Part shown: piece after piece, positions 13,901 to 26,939 of the stretch | Layout of the letters: each line of letters opens with the position of its first letter | Numbering within the stretch: the first letter of the stretch is position 1 | Source of the DNA: Sphaeroforma arctica JP610 | Taxonomy: Eukaryota | NCBI RefSeq assembly: GCF_001186125.1 | Contig: NW_014040377.1 | Coordinates: 64,818 to 122,992 of the forward strand | DNA length: 58,175 bases | Direction: 5' to 3' | The notes under the pieces: generated by a model | What the model saw: the letters and a program-made list of their open reading frames with translations, nothing else | What the model was told of the DNA's origin: nothing | Database searches by the model: none | Position numbers and translations under genes: made by a program

Positions 13901-16900
13901 CACCTAAAGGACTCCACTTAAATATTCCGTTATTCTATCGCTCGCAGTTTGTTCGAAGGTACATCCTGGAAATCGATGGGTGTGGCGCCAGCATCCGACT
14001 ATAATATGACACTTCCGACCGCAGAAGACCTTATTCCAGGTGTGTATCACTCTTTACACGTGAAAATACTCGCTTTCTACAACCCAAAGCTGTATGTATA
14101 CGCACGGACACTTGTTGGTGTCGAGGGTAGATTGTCAGCACAACAGGGCATCCCGATTTTATGAATGTTTCCATGTCGTCACGATCTGTGTAGTCCTGAT
14201 GGGTATAGATATCATCTACATATACTTTGTTTAAACCGAGCTATTTAACGCGATCATAACTTATATTACAAACAAGAAGAGTGTCAATTACATTTTAATT
14301 GGTATTGAAAGTTTGAAGCAGCAATTCTTAGGCTTTACAGGCGGGGGAGTCACAACCCTCGTATCTCGTGCACACCAGTCTTCTTCGAATATCTACTCGT
14401 TATCGGAATTCCTGAACCCTTATGTTTTTTTATATCCGCAGTTGACACTCCACATGATCAATTGATGTCTAATTGGAACACACAGGTAGCTCAAGAGACG
14501 CCAAGGTTTATCGAGTATATGTCTGAAGCGGGTATGTCGTCACAGTCGTAGGTTAGTCATTTTGTGGAACTATATCGTCAACAGCGAAGTAGAAACTGTC
14601 GAACTTTAATACACATTTCGATCTGGATTGCACTTCACCTTTTTCAATGTACTCCGTAAGTTATTTTAATAAAACCTCATCGAGATCGTCTTTTCCTTTT
14701 TTTTTTGTTGAAGCTCATTGTGATGCAACTTGTCCGAATTTGTATATTGCTGCTGCAGTGGCTGGAATCGTGCACACGTGTGCTGGGCGCACAATAATGA
14801 TCATCATTGACGCGTTGTGCTAAGTTTACTTTCGCTTCATCACAGTGCGTAGGAGAGTAGTATCCGTTCCTGACGATGAACCGAACATCATGATCCTCTT
14901 TAGTGGGGGTGTAGACTCGATGTTGATGGCATACTTGGCCGACAGGTATGTTTTGATAGCAACGCAATCGCATACAATATGCAAACTTGATTAACGTTCC
15001 AAGTGATCTCACATATCATAACTATTGCGGGCGCCTCTGTATGTACATGTTGATAAGTGTATGTATCGTCTGTACAAAATTGGCTCGCCATAATCTACAC
15101 CCCAACGTCATTCACCAACCATCTCAACAACTTTTACGCGTTTATTCGACATACATTGGCTTGACTTTCGGGCGCAACGATGAATTGTCGACCCGGATTA
15201 ATTGTTTTTGGTCTCATACTGAAATTATTGTTGGTTGTCCCCACGTACTCTGTCGATAACTAGGCATATACCCAAAAGTCGTTTCATCGACTTGGTGAAT
15301 GTCGCTTTCGAGAACCCGAGAACTAATACAGTAAATAATAAAGTATGTGGTTTGTTATAATCGCTGTTTGTGGCTGGTTGTTTCATTGGCCGAAGGACTT
15401 CTCCGTGAATCCCAATCAGAGCACTGGCAAACTTGCATAAAATGTTTAATTGTCTGCATTCGGTTGCGTGTCTACGTGAGGGTGTTCTCGATTTTGAGGA
15501 ATGCATGTGTCATCGTGTGGTCAGTAAACTTAGTTTGTTTTGCGTGTGTTCGCGTGACAAATACTCGCAGTCCCTCGATGAGTCTGTTGTACAGCAATAT
15601 TTCGACTATAATAGTCGCCAATGTATAGATTGTCTTTATAGTGCATCCGTCACGCCTCTACAGTATACAATGATATTTCTCTTGGGTTCTAGGTCCTAAG
15701 AAGCGTGCACCGTTGACAGCACAGCAAAAAAAAACATTTTCACTATTGCTGTGTATGTCTTCACATATGGTCAGATCGCTCGGTCAGTCACACTTCGGCT
15801 TTTTTCCCAGAAAGGGCTTTACGATGTTCCCGATCGGTTAACGGGCCGACAAGGTTATCAAGAGTTGGTTGCAGCTTGTCCTGATCGCAACTGGCAATTT
15901 GTGGAGGTGAGTCCAAGTTGAGCTGTTTTGATAATTGAAATTGAAGATTTGTACAAGTTTGAAGTGATGCGGAAGTGTCATCAATCTGGTTGATTACCTA
16001 GATTGTGTGTCTCTCGTATAGGTTTCGGGATAGATGCTACCCATGCAATTTGGATCTGCTACAATGAAGTGGTTTAAAGAAACGGTTACGGCACTGAAGC
16101 CCCATTTTATGCGTCGGATGGGACGGAGGATACTGACCTCGGTATACAATGTGCAATCGACCTCAATCAATGCCGATAAATTATCTACCCGAATCACAGG
16201 TGGATGTACCAATTGAGACGTTAGAAAGTTCGCAACCGCATATCAAGGGCCTGTTGCACCCCTTACAGACTGTCATCGACACCAGTATTGGTAGTGCGAT
16301 GTGGCACGCAACCAAGGCAAACGGGAGGTCAAAGCAGCAGCCTTACACGCCATCCTCACGTGTGGTGTTGGTAGGCGTAGGCGCGGATGAGCAGCTGGGG
16401 GGCTACAGTAGACACCGAACACGTTTCGAGGTAGACCCAGCCATCCAGAGGATACCGAAAGTACAGGTATGTCGTTTCATGCGATGTGGAGTGTGAAAGA
16501 TGTTTTTAATTAGTGATGTTGCTATTCATTTTCCCCATGTGTGAGACTCACCGTGTGGCGTGCGCGAAATCCCTCGATTCTTTTATGACGTCATGAGGAA
16601 TTACAATCTGATCTGGATTACTACGGAACCTCATACGAGAAAGAAAGAGTGTGATTTTTGTCTAATTTTCTATCCTTTGCAGAAGCCTAGCTCAAAGAAT
16701 GCCATGAAAAGAAAACTCGACAATACCGATCAGTCGTCTCCATCTGCTACAAATCCCAGCAGCACTGTGGACACCGATAAGTCTCTCGAAGATATATGTC
16801 AGGATGAAAATAAAGTACAACCTAAATCACGTGAGACGATATCTGCGAGTGCTGGATGGCAACGTATGCTTTTAGAGATGAGGATGGATGTGGATCGCAT

Positions 16901-17093
16901 TTGGACTCGGAATTTGGGTAGGTCTTACGCTTGCGAGTGTCTATGGGGTTTAGGGAGGTGGTGTTGGTTCGCACTTCGTGAGTTGGCTACCTCTATATTG
17001 ATTAAGCGTTGTTAGTGCTCTGATCTAGCGTACAGTAACAAGATCACAGGTAGATTCGATGCGATAGCTCAGAATTCGCGATTGACAAGGTAC

Positions 17094-17124
<31 letters not shown>

Positions 17125-17172
17125 ATATATGTATTATGTATGTATGTATGTATGTATGTATGTATGTATGTA

Positions 17173-17205
<33 letters not shown>

Positions 17206-17230
17206 TNTTATATATATATATGTATGTATT

Positions 17231-17271
<41 letters not shown>

Positions 17272-17951
17272 ATCATATTATATATATATATATATATATA
17301 TATTGATGGTACATTTACCTTCATTTTCTCGTCCAACACGAAAAATATTAATTTATGGCCATGTGTAGGACGAGATGATCGCATCATCTCCGATCATGGG
17401 AGGGAGGCTCGCTTCCCCTTTCTAGACGAACAGCTGGTGTCGTATCTCGCTAAGCTTCCTATCTGGATCAAAACAGACCCTCGCTTTCCTCGAGGCCAAG
17501 GTAAATACGTGCATTGGCATACTGGGCATTAATTTCTGACGGTGTAGCAGTCCATTCTATGCGATTACTTTCCACTGCGTGCACTCGTGCTTACTCGTCG
17601 TTTTAAATGTTGTGTGAAAACATTTGGCTGAAATCACTCGTATACATTTTGCAAAAGTTTATCATTATATTTATTTTAAGGTATATGGTTGTTGATACGA
17701 TCTCGAGACTGTGGTGGATTGGTGGTTTTCTAGTTGCTATCGAACGATGCAGTATTCATGATACACTACATATTCGACTTTTAATACTTCACTTGTCCAT
17801 AGGCGAGAAGATATTGTTGCGCATGGCACTGAAACAATTAGGGATGGATGTGTCTGCCACTGAACCTAAACGTGCCATACAATTCGGCACCCGAGTAGCT
17901 CGGAATAAAGAAGGGCAACGAAGGGAAAAAGGCTCTGACATAATCAAATAA
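10960..17951 (+). CDS. ASNSD1: Asparagine synthetase domain-containing protein 1, multi-exon (e.g. 10960-11176, 12507-12610, 13015-13150; last exon ends 17951)
   Basis: Exons encode MCGI...LRRRGP, VLHIRG...[21 protein letters not shown]...[57 protein letters not shown]...[11 protein letters not shown] and GEKILLR...PKRAIQFG, the ASNSD1/YML096W pattern. Some internal exon boundaries are approximate. Confidence 0.95.
17093..17303. repeat. (TA)n/(TG)n/(TATG)n microsatellite in an ASNSD1 intron
   Basis: Directly visible. Confidence 0.95.
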
Positions 17952-19179
17952 ATTATCCTAATCTACCTGGTGTGTGCAATTAAAGCCTCCGCCTTTTTAC
18001 TTCTAGTCGTGTGTTGGTTATTAAATTTTATTTGATGATGAGTACAACTTTACGTCGTCGGAATCTCCACAACAATTCACTATACATGTTCTTTGTGCGT
18101 GTTCGCAGCCCATAATTCTCACTACTTGTGTTGTCGCCGTCAGTGGGTTGTTGGTGAAGCATCGAACTGTTCATCTCCACATATTTGGTAGCAAAATTGT
18201 CAAGTGAAAGTATAATATCAATGTTGTTGGCCTGGCCGGTGGTGGCCGGTGTTTTTTTTTATGGGTTATTAGTACGGAGTTATCGCTCGAAGCCTTTTGC
18301 TGTCACCGCTGCCCGCCTTATATAGTTTGCCAATTTAATCACACTGCCGGAAATCATCGACGGCAGCCTTCAGTGAAATTGGGATCCGCTTATTGCTGGA
18401 GTTTTAAGTAGGCATGCGATATTGGAGGCCACACCCTCTTATCGATAAAGACACGCATTCATGGCAGATAAAGTACCGATTTGTACCAATAGGGTGTATT
18501 GATTGGTGTATTTTTGTGAATAACAATGTCAGCTTGTACAATAGAATGCAACTATGTGGAAAACATAAGCAAATTGGTAGTCATCTAAGTATAACGATGG
18601 CAACAACAATGGCGGCTGGATTGTGAGTGGAAGATCGCACCAGTGTCACCGGTAAATATGGCACAGCCTCGAGATTTAGACATAAATAGCGAGCCAAATA
18701 AAATTTAAATAGGCAGAATATTGCCGTTTGAAATCTACAATTTGTATTATATTGATTACACATCGCACCTCGCATTATCTTTCTCGTGTGATTCAAGTTA
18801 AATTGTTTGCAATGGCACTAACATATTAAGTATTATCTTGTACCAGTATTCTCTTGCAGTATGGCCACATCTGTATTAGCATACTAAGTAATGTCTCGGC
18901 TTTAGGTCCTTGACTAGGATATTCAACTAAAATGAAAATGGATTGGCAGAACAGAATAGACTTCTTGTATTCTTGCTGGAATCTGCCATTTGCATTATGT
19001 TTTCCGCACTTCGAGATTCCAGGTATAACGTTGAATAACAATATCTCAACGTTCTCCCTCTGTTCAGAGGGAGACGTTGCTCTTTTATTCATTAAACCTT
19101 AATTACAGAATCCAATTACTTTTGAGACATGTGCCGATCTAGAACACTGATCAGTACAAACTAAGTTTGAAGATTCTGA

Positions 19180-20870
19180 TATTGTAAACTAAAATTTCCT
19201 AACTAAAATAACACTTATAACCCTGTCTGGGTGTATTCCGACCACACACATCGCGGGACATCTTGTAATGCAGGGGCAGTTGAACAACAATATAAAGGCC
19301 CACTTACGTCTAATCCCTGTGGGAGAACTTCATATTGATATTTCGCCGTGGGAGTGCTGAAAGCCAGATAACGTCGAGATTTTTCGTCAACGAAGACTGC
19401 CTAGTATCTATTGTTGCAGTCCCAGGAGGAATAAGATCCCCAATATTTCAATTTTTTGCTGTATCAGATATACTTAAAAGTGTTTAATCCCTCATTTTCA
19501 GACACTCATTTAGTCTTCTGAAATCTGTTACTAGTCTCCATTGCCCCTTTTGCTATTTTTTAGGCACGATTAAAACGGGTGCGTTATATGACGAATCCCT
19601 AAGCTCAACAATCTTGTTCTTCAGCATGTCCTTCAAAATTGTTTTATAAACTTATTCCTGTACTTTCGAAAGTGGATACTGTCGTATGTGTATTGGCTCT
19701 GTGCCATCTTTTATGCGCAGTTTGACCGGTGCTTGATCGACGAACTATTTATGATGTTTGAGAAATAACTTCTTAACTTCGTTTCTTTAATATTCATTCA
19801 TTCTGTCCGGATACTTATATTTGAATGGTATCTGAGTCTGCTGGCACGCATGTTCAAGGTGATCAGTCTTGGATTCATAGTCAGGTTCTTGATCGCTCTT
19901 TGAGTGTTGAATGTCTAAGATATTGCAATACCCCTTTGAGTTTTTCCTCTGTGGTTGTTGTGATTATCGGAGGATCATCTATATGCTCGATGTTGTTTAC
20001 CACTGTGTTGAGTATATTCAACGGGTGGCAATTCATGTTAGTCACTAACGCCTTGAATGGTCCCTTGCGTTTATTTCCTTTTACGATTCTTGGGGCCATC
20101 ACTTTGAACCGAATGATTTGGAACGAACATAGACACCGATAATGCTTTGTGGACGTTATTCACTTTGAATTTTAGAACTCGTGAAGTAAAAAGAGGAGTA
20201 TGAAGTTCCCTGCTACCCTCACTGTATTCTGCGAGTCGTTGATATCACCGCTGGTTCTAGCTGTATATACCTCCATTCGTTTACGATGTCGTTCGTATTG
20301 TATCTTTGACCCCTTGTATGACATAATGCTGTACGCAGTTTTAGACCTAACTGCGAGTTTAAATTTGATACTTGTTGGAACGATCATCTATTTTTGGGCC
20401 GAAGTCATATATTATCTCAATTGGAGCAAGTTGCTGGCCCGCTAAAGCCGTAGTCCTGCCGCAAATTGTGAGAAGGATAGAGGACTAGTAACTTTTCATA
20501 TAGGCTTATCTGGTGCCAAAATCTTGTTCAATTATATCTACCATTCGAGCCGTTTTGGTTTATCTCTTCAGGTATACAATTAAACGTATTTGAATAAAAT
20601 CTTTCTCTGCGGATACAGGTCACGATCCAAGTTTTACCTTATTGCCAAGAAGATTTAGTCTTTACATAGCGTCAAATGACGCATACTGATGGTTGACCCA
20701 CATTTGCAATCCTGTGGCAAACGCTTCTTTCTGATAGATTGGAATATCGTGAGAAGGAAATTCAATCACCACCCTACATATTAGCGTATCTGTCGTAAAC
20801 AAAAGTGTGGAACCTGCAGCTCGCAATATACTCTTACGGATTACATATTCAGGGATCCGTATCATTCCTC
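19180..20870 (-). mobile_element. Highly degenerate Ty3/Gypsy gag-pol fragment (RT N-terminus)
   Basis: Minus-strand translation of ~19500-19740 gives PVKLRIKDGTEPIHIRQYPLSKVQE*...LKDMLKNKIVELRDSSYNAPVLIVPKK, then after a frameshift WRLVTDFRRLNE, the classic Gypsy RT start. Stops and frameshifts throughout; boundaries approximate. Confidence 0.8.
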
Positions 20871-20999
20871 AGATTTCCCACGTATGATGTATATAAAATA
20901 CCAAAACGATATTTACAAGAGTAGTAGACGAGTATGAATATACAAATGCCTCGGCCATATAAAATTAAAAATAGTGTTTTTTTTTCTTTTTTTTTTGTT

Positions 21000-21320
21000 T
21001 GCGCTATGGGCAAGTCTTGATTCTGCTATGCATCAATTGTAGCACACAGTCAGAAATCTGTATCAACTCTCCGGCTTCACATGCATGGAGTTCATCTATC
21101 TGACGCCAGAGATCAATACTCAAACCACCAGACGAACATGGAATTGAAAACCAAAGACAAACCAATTCTATCATCGCTCTGGAGAAGCAGGCCAATCAAC
21201 TGCTGTCCCTCGCATTGTAAACGTTGCTTCTGCTGTGCGAAATATGAGGCCTGATGTGCGTGTAGACATATAATAATTGAAATAAATAATATCATCCCTA
21301 TGCGTTCTATTTTCTTTTTT
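21000..21320 (+). mobile_element. Probable 3' end fragment of the local non-LTR (LINE-like) family
   Basis: AATATGAGGCCTGATGTGCGTGTAGACATA...ATTGAAATAAA...ATCCCTA (21241-21300) recurs at ~38965-39028, just downstream of the LINE 3' fragment at 37915-38780. Confidence 0.55.
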
Positions 21321-21699
21321 GTCAATTGTGTTATTCTACTTTCAAAGTATATTCCGTACTTTAGATTGATCATCATTGCTAGTTCATCATCTATTTCATT
21401 TTATTAGTATCACGAAGAGTAATTTTTTGAAACGGCTCGATTAAAATAATGTTCATATTTGTTAACATGGTCAAACGTCCATTTTTTTACGTTGAATGTA
21501 ATGTTTTATTTGTTTTCATACGTACTGGTTATATGGAAAATTGTGTGACTTTATGTTTTTCTGTGCTAGGTCCTTTGGCTTACACTCCCAATAAAATCAT
21601 AATATATTTGTGATATTTACTCTCACCGCAACAGCTTGCAATGAAAGACGCTTAAAATAGTACCGTTTTGGTTTGAGTATATATATTCTAGATCCGGGA

Positions 21700-23900
21700 C
21701 GCCCTGATCTTGACAGCCCCACTTAGAAGAATCTTGGCTGAGGCATTCTCCACCCTCCTGATACAATGTCTAAAGCTCTAAACTGTACCCTCTTGATAGC
21801 CCATCCGGTGAAAGCAGACACGTATATTACATCCCCTGTCGATTTCCGACCGATAATCGCTAGACGCATTTTTGAGAACAAAGTGATAACAAATCACCTC
21901 GGATCAACCACTCATGCAACTCAAGCTGGATTCAAATCACACTACTACTCCTGTCATACTACGCCCTTGCCGCGATGGAATCTGAGACACAATCCGAGGA
22001 TTCCTGGAATGATGTGTGTCTAGACATCAAAAATCATGCGATAAAGTGGTGTAGTCCTTCCGCGTATGTGGATGCTGTTGCGCCGCGATGGAGTACCAGA
22101 GTACTGGATATGTTGTCTCCGTGCATTATTCGAGAGAATGTCCCCACACGGGTGACGTATCGTGAGAGGCTCTCAACTTTATTCCATAGAACGAATGGCA
22201 TACTTCAAGGTTCGATCGTCGGTCCACAATTTTTTATCATCTAAATGGGCTTACGCAATTTCGGCCGAAACTCCTTCGTTTCTACCTATTTGTAGATGAT
22301 TCAACCCTTTCTGAACGCGATTGATGATTGGGGTAGCCAATCTGGTCTAGAACAAGGGATTCCTAAACCCCGGAAGATATCGTTGAGAATATTGCATGCG
22401 GTACCGCCTCTCCGTATCAAAGGACATCTCATCACGCCAACTCTCCAAATATGAACACTCTCAACATACGTCTACTTATACCTCCCATGCCCATGGCGGT
22501 GGAACTCTCAGACATCTATCTACATCCTTCCAAATACTTAGGACTTCAACTATTCCAGGGCATACCGGGTGTCGACTTTGTAAAGAAAATAGACCACCAC
22601 TGCATTCAGGCTATAGTGTCCTTTCGGGCGTATGGGTTTCATGGATTCAGCTGGCGCCATCCGCGAAATCGGTTGGAAATATTCAAGACATTCATTCTTT
22701 CAACGGCCACCTATGGTCTGAACAACATTGCATGGGCTCCACCTATTTGGCATGCCGCGTTGAAGCCACTGTACAAGCGGTACATCTCAGCACTGGTCCA
22801 AGCAGCAGCCATCACAACAAACACTGCATTCCCAAAACCCCCCTTATGTAGTATACCTCCAGGACGCCAATTTGCGGAGTACCTTGGTGGCTGCCTGAGA
22901 CTACATCTTGACTCGATCAACAGTACAAGCCCACTCGCCCCACTCATGAGACCTGTTTGGACACGTAACAGACCTCCGGACAAATTCCCGTTCAGTATTT
23001 ACGCTTATCTAGAATCGAGGGGCGAGTGTACACCTTGACACAAAGAACTCCGTTAGCTTCACAAGCAAATCGGACATAATATCACACGACGTCTCACAAC
23101 TACGGAGGTAGCAGGGAAGGCTCGCCGCCCACAATACTGCTATCAGATTATAAGGGGAGAGCTTCCCATCACAGACCGAGACAAGTCTTTCAGTGATACT
23201 TTTACTCATTGCCGTGAACACACCCCAATCCGCCTATGTGCCATGATAGCAATTAACACGTTCCTGTTCAAATTGCTTGACTATCGTACTTGTGGATGCT
23301 TCTGTCCAGTGTGGACCGAAGATAGGACTTTTATTTCCAGCACTTTGCTTGTATCAGTAACTTAATAAGGCGTAATCTGGTGGGCCTTATTTTACCGCCG
23401 ATTAGACTGGACTCACTACTACAGCTACAGAATCGGCACGGCCATCACGGCATATAAACTATCCACAAACATCTCGGGAGCTTTTTTGTCCAATAAACAG
23501 CGGGCAACAATTCATCATCATCCAATATTGGTCAATCTATTGATGTTCACCATACTCCGTCTCATCACTCTACTGAAGTACTATTTCCAAATTTCGGTAC
23601 AGACCAAGTCTTCGAGACTTTTGGCACCGTCTATGATATTTCCCGCTATATCTAACCAGGGTATTCTACATACATCAGTTGTATGGTGTGGTATCGGGCA
23701 GCCTCCAACTTTGCACCGAAACAAAATTGCGGATGACAACCTCGCCCCTTTTGGTACCACATTCAAAAATACTCGGCGGACATATTACCAATACGAGTGC
23801 GGGCCAGCTTTTTCCAAATAATGGCACACAAGTTTGGCTCCCACCCACTGGTATAGGGGCTTTTGACAGGGCAACTAATTTTGTCCTTCTACGAATCAAC
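21700..23900 (+). mobile_element. Degenerate non-LTR retrotransposon (LINE-like RT plus C-terminal Cys/His region)
   Basis: Fragmented RT motifs in order: FRPI..RRIFE, QAGF, VCLDIK, RTNGILQGSIVGP, LFVDD, KYLGL...GVDF, RLEIFKTFILSTATYG. The downstream region is homologous to 37915-38780 and 42296-42600. Confidence 0.85.
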
Positions 23901-24653
23901 CACTAAGATCAATCACACGTAAACATTGTCTTTTCCTTGGCCTTGTGAATATACAGTGATATAAAATAAACGTACTTATTAAAATTGTATTGAATATTAA
24001 TGGAGATACAATTGTGATATATATACGTTGATGTGAAACTTCGAATCGTCAAAATTGTTGTAGGAAGTATCAATGGGCAAACGTGATACCTATACGTTTA
24101 ATTACGTAATATTCACTCAAGACGTTCAAATACTGAAAATAAACGCATATATAAATCGTTTGAATTAGTGCAATAGAATATCAATGAAGAAACACAAAAC
24201 GTAATATAAATACGTCTGTCTAGATCAACATATCCTTAAATCTTTAAAAATAATATACTGAACATCAATTAAGCAAAAATGTGAATATTGCACGGCCTTC
24301 TGGATAGTGCAGCGGTCAAAGGCAATTCGGGGCTATTGACAATTTTCCCTGACACAGACCCGGTGACTCTTTGGCTGGTACAGAGTTCCATGAGTCGTTT
24401 AAGTCTCATCAATTTTTTGGTGAAAACTAAATCAGCGATGATGTACATGGAACATAATAACCTTACATATCCAAGTGCGGCAGTACATGCCATAACTGTG
24501 ATTTATGTAGGGCTTGTTCATACTCTTATAACTGACAGGAAAATCACCAAGATAATTTTTGACAACATCCGGAATGCTATGGTGAGTATAAGTACAATTA
24601 AGGATCTAGTGCATACACGCACTCGCGCGCAACCAGAATGTGCTGCACTACTT

Positions 24654-25334
24654 AGTCCTGCTATATTTCTGGATGGAAGTCCCGGTTTCATCTACCGGTA
24701 GTCCCGCTATATTTCTGATCACTCTATCATCAGAATTATTGGATGGAAGTCCCGGTTTCATCTACCGGTAGTCCCGCTATCTTTCTGATCACTCTATCAT
24801 CAGAATTATTGGATCCTAGATCCAAAACCCAGTATTTGATAATCCTGGGTTTTGGGTTTAGGATTGGCTTTTCTGATAATCTGGACCCTGGATGCTATAG
24901 CCCCCCAACTTTATGCTTCTCAGCCTGCGTAGGAGTAAAAAGTGACATCTTATACGACTAGATTATCTAGAGGTTGGTGGTTTTGTACTGGGAAAAACTT
25001 ATCCCATAGCGGGCATAGGATGAAAAACCTGCCACCATTATCCATTCTAACAAATTACTTATTAAATTAATTTATCTAGATCCAAAACTCAGTATTTGAT
25101 AATCCTGGGTTTTGGGTTTAGGATTGGCTTTTCTGATAATCTGGACCCTGGATGCTATAGCCCCCCAACTTTATGCTTCTCAGCCTGCGTAGGAGTAAAA
25201 AGTGACATTTTATACGACTAGATTATCTAGAGGTTGGTGGTTTTGTACTGGGAAAAACTTAACCCTAGGGGGCATAGGATGAAAAACCTGCCACCATTAT
25301 CCATTCTAACATATTACATATTAAATTAATTTAT
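24654..25334 (-). repeat. Rearranged 3' LTR region: 70-bp tandem duplication (24671-24740/24741-24810) and 260-bp tandem duplication (24816-25075/25076-25334) covering the PPT and LTR start; distal LTR end deleted
   Basis: Direct sequence comparison. Confidence 0.9.
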
Positions 25335-25497
25335 ACTAAATAACATGAGTTCTCTACCACGCTCATCGGAGTCAGTATTGACCTGTGATCTCGGTTGATC
25401 TCAACCGACTCTTTGGTCCTTATCCCTCTGGTGTGTGGGCAGAGCATTCTTCAAGGTGAGAAAGGTGGGAGTGTCCCTTGGTGTCAGTGAAACTTGG

Positions 25498-26896
25498 CTA
25501 AGTTCCCCGCCTCGTGCGCTGCCTGTTGCTCGCTGATCTTTCATCGGTGCAGGTTGCTGTTGACTTCTTCGGCCTGAATTGCCTTTGCGTGCGTCGTTTG
25601 CGCTGTCGGTATATCGTAAAAATATCAGGATCTGCGATGTCTGATTCATGTGTCCAGGTGCGCTCTCCATCTGTCCATTGCAGTAGATAGTCCTGGGTTC
25701 CTCCACCTCTTGTGGATTCTCTGTGGTCCAGTATCGAGGAGAATTGAGTCTCTTCTGATGGTTGGACTGGGTTGTTGGTAGTGAAACCTTCTGATTCACT
25801 AGCCTTCTTGACGAAACCAATTAGCTCATCATTGACCGCGTTAGGAAATTCGGGGGCTCGAGTGCCATCAAATTTACGGACGAAATATCCGTTGCCCTCT
25901 TTGCTTGCTATCTTGTATGGTCCTCCATATGGTGCTGTCATTTTATTCATTTCACCTAGGTAACGAATCATCACAATGTCCCCTTCTTGGAAGTGTATAT
26001 ACTTCTCCTGATATTTGCGATCAAATGCTGCGCGCATTTTTTTCTTGATATTGTGCCACATTGGCATCTAGTTGTGGTCGTATTGACTCCTCTAGATTGT
26101 GTAGTCGTGTTTCCAATGTTATATTTGTACCAGGTGCACTGACTGTTGTGTCATAATTGGTAAGCTGGTTTTGTCCTCGTCCGTAGTACACATTGAACCT
26201 TGGTGATTTGTGTCTGCGTGATGAACGTAGGTTGTGGCCCATTTGTGCAAATGGGAGGCGTGAACACCAGTTGCCTGGATTTAGTTCAACAAATTTCCGT
26301 TGTAAGGGGATGAGATCTCTGTGCGAGCGCTCATTTGCTCCCATTATCTTGGGTTGATACGGTCTGGACACTAAGTGTTGTGACGGTGCTTGCTCAATGA
26401 TTTTTGAGATTATGTCATTCACATATTATGTGTCCTGATCAGTCTGTATGATTTGTGGAAATCAATGTTCGCACAGGATTGGAACTAGTGTTCTTGCAAT
26501 AGTGGCTGCCGATTTGTCCATCATCGGTCTAAGTATAGCGTATGATGAATATACATCTAGCCAAACTAGAACGTATGTGTTGCCCCTATTCGAGTCTATC
26601 AAGGGACCTATGGTATCCACTTGTATCCTGTCACTCGGAAATGCAGCGGTTATTGATTGTAAAGGGTGGAATCCCTTGTGGATTTTGTTTTTGAGACATG
26701 GTACACTGCCCTCAATGTATTGGTTGACATGTTCCTTTTGTCTAGACCATGTGTGGCCATCTAGGATGAGTTTGTTCACTGTTACTTCGACAGTGTAGTG
26801 ACCAATTGTGTGGTATTGAGCTATTAGTGTGGCTCTGTCTTCATACGTGATTGTGTCTGCAGGCTCATCTGCGATGTGTATGGGTGCAATGTTCAC
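25498..26896 (-). pseudogene. Integrase (HHCC-type Zn finger, DDE core, GPY/F motif) with C-terminal chromodomain, frameshifted
   Basis: H...H...(C>S)xxC in YHTIGH...GSVPC; core IQVDTIGP...YVLVWLDVYS...IIQTDQ...GANERSH; KMTAPYGGPYKI; chromodomain FSSILDHR...DYLLQWTDGERTWTHESDI (~25600-25743). Confidence 0.92.
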
Positions 26897-26939
26897 TGCA
26901 GGGTGCTTTAATTTTTGGTCAAAGTAAGGTGACTTTGTG

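Noticed and set aside
24671..24810. CTGATGA...GAAA on the minus strand of the 70-bp LTR repeats, resembling a hammerhead ribozyme core
   Set aside because: No proper stem II/III; the motif is one arm of a TTCTGAT/ATCAGAA hairpin and is not conserved in the 5' LTR.
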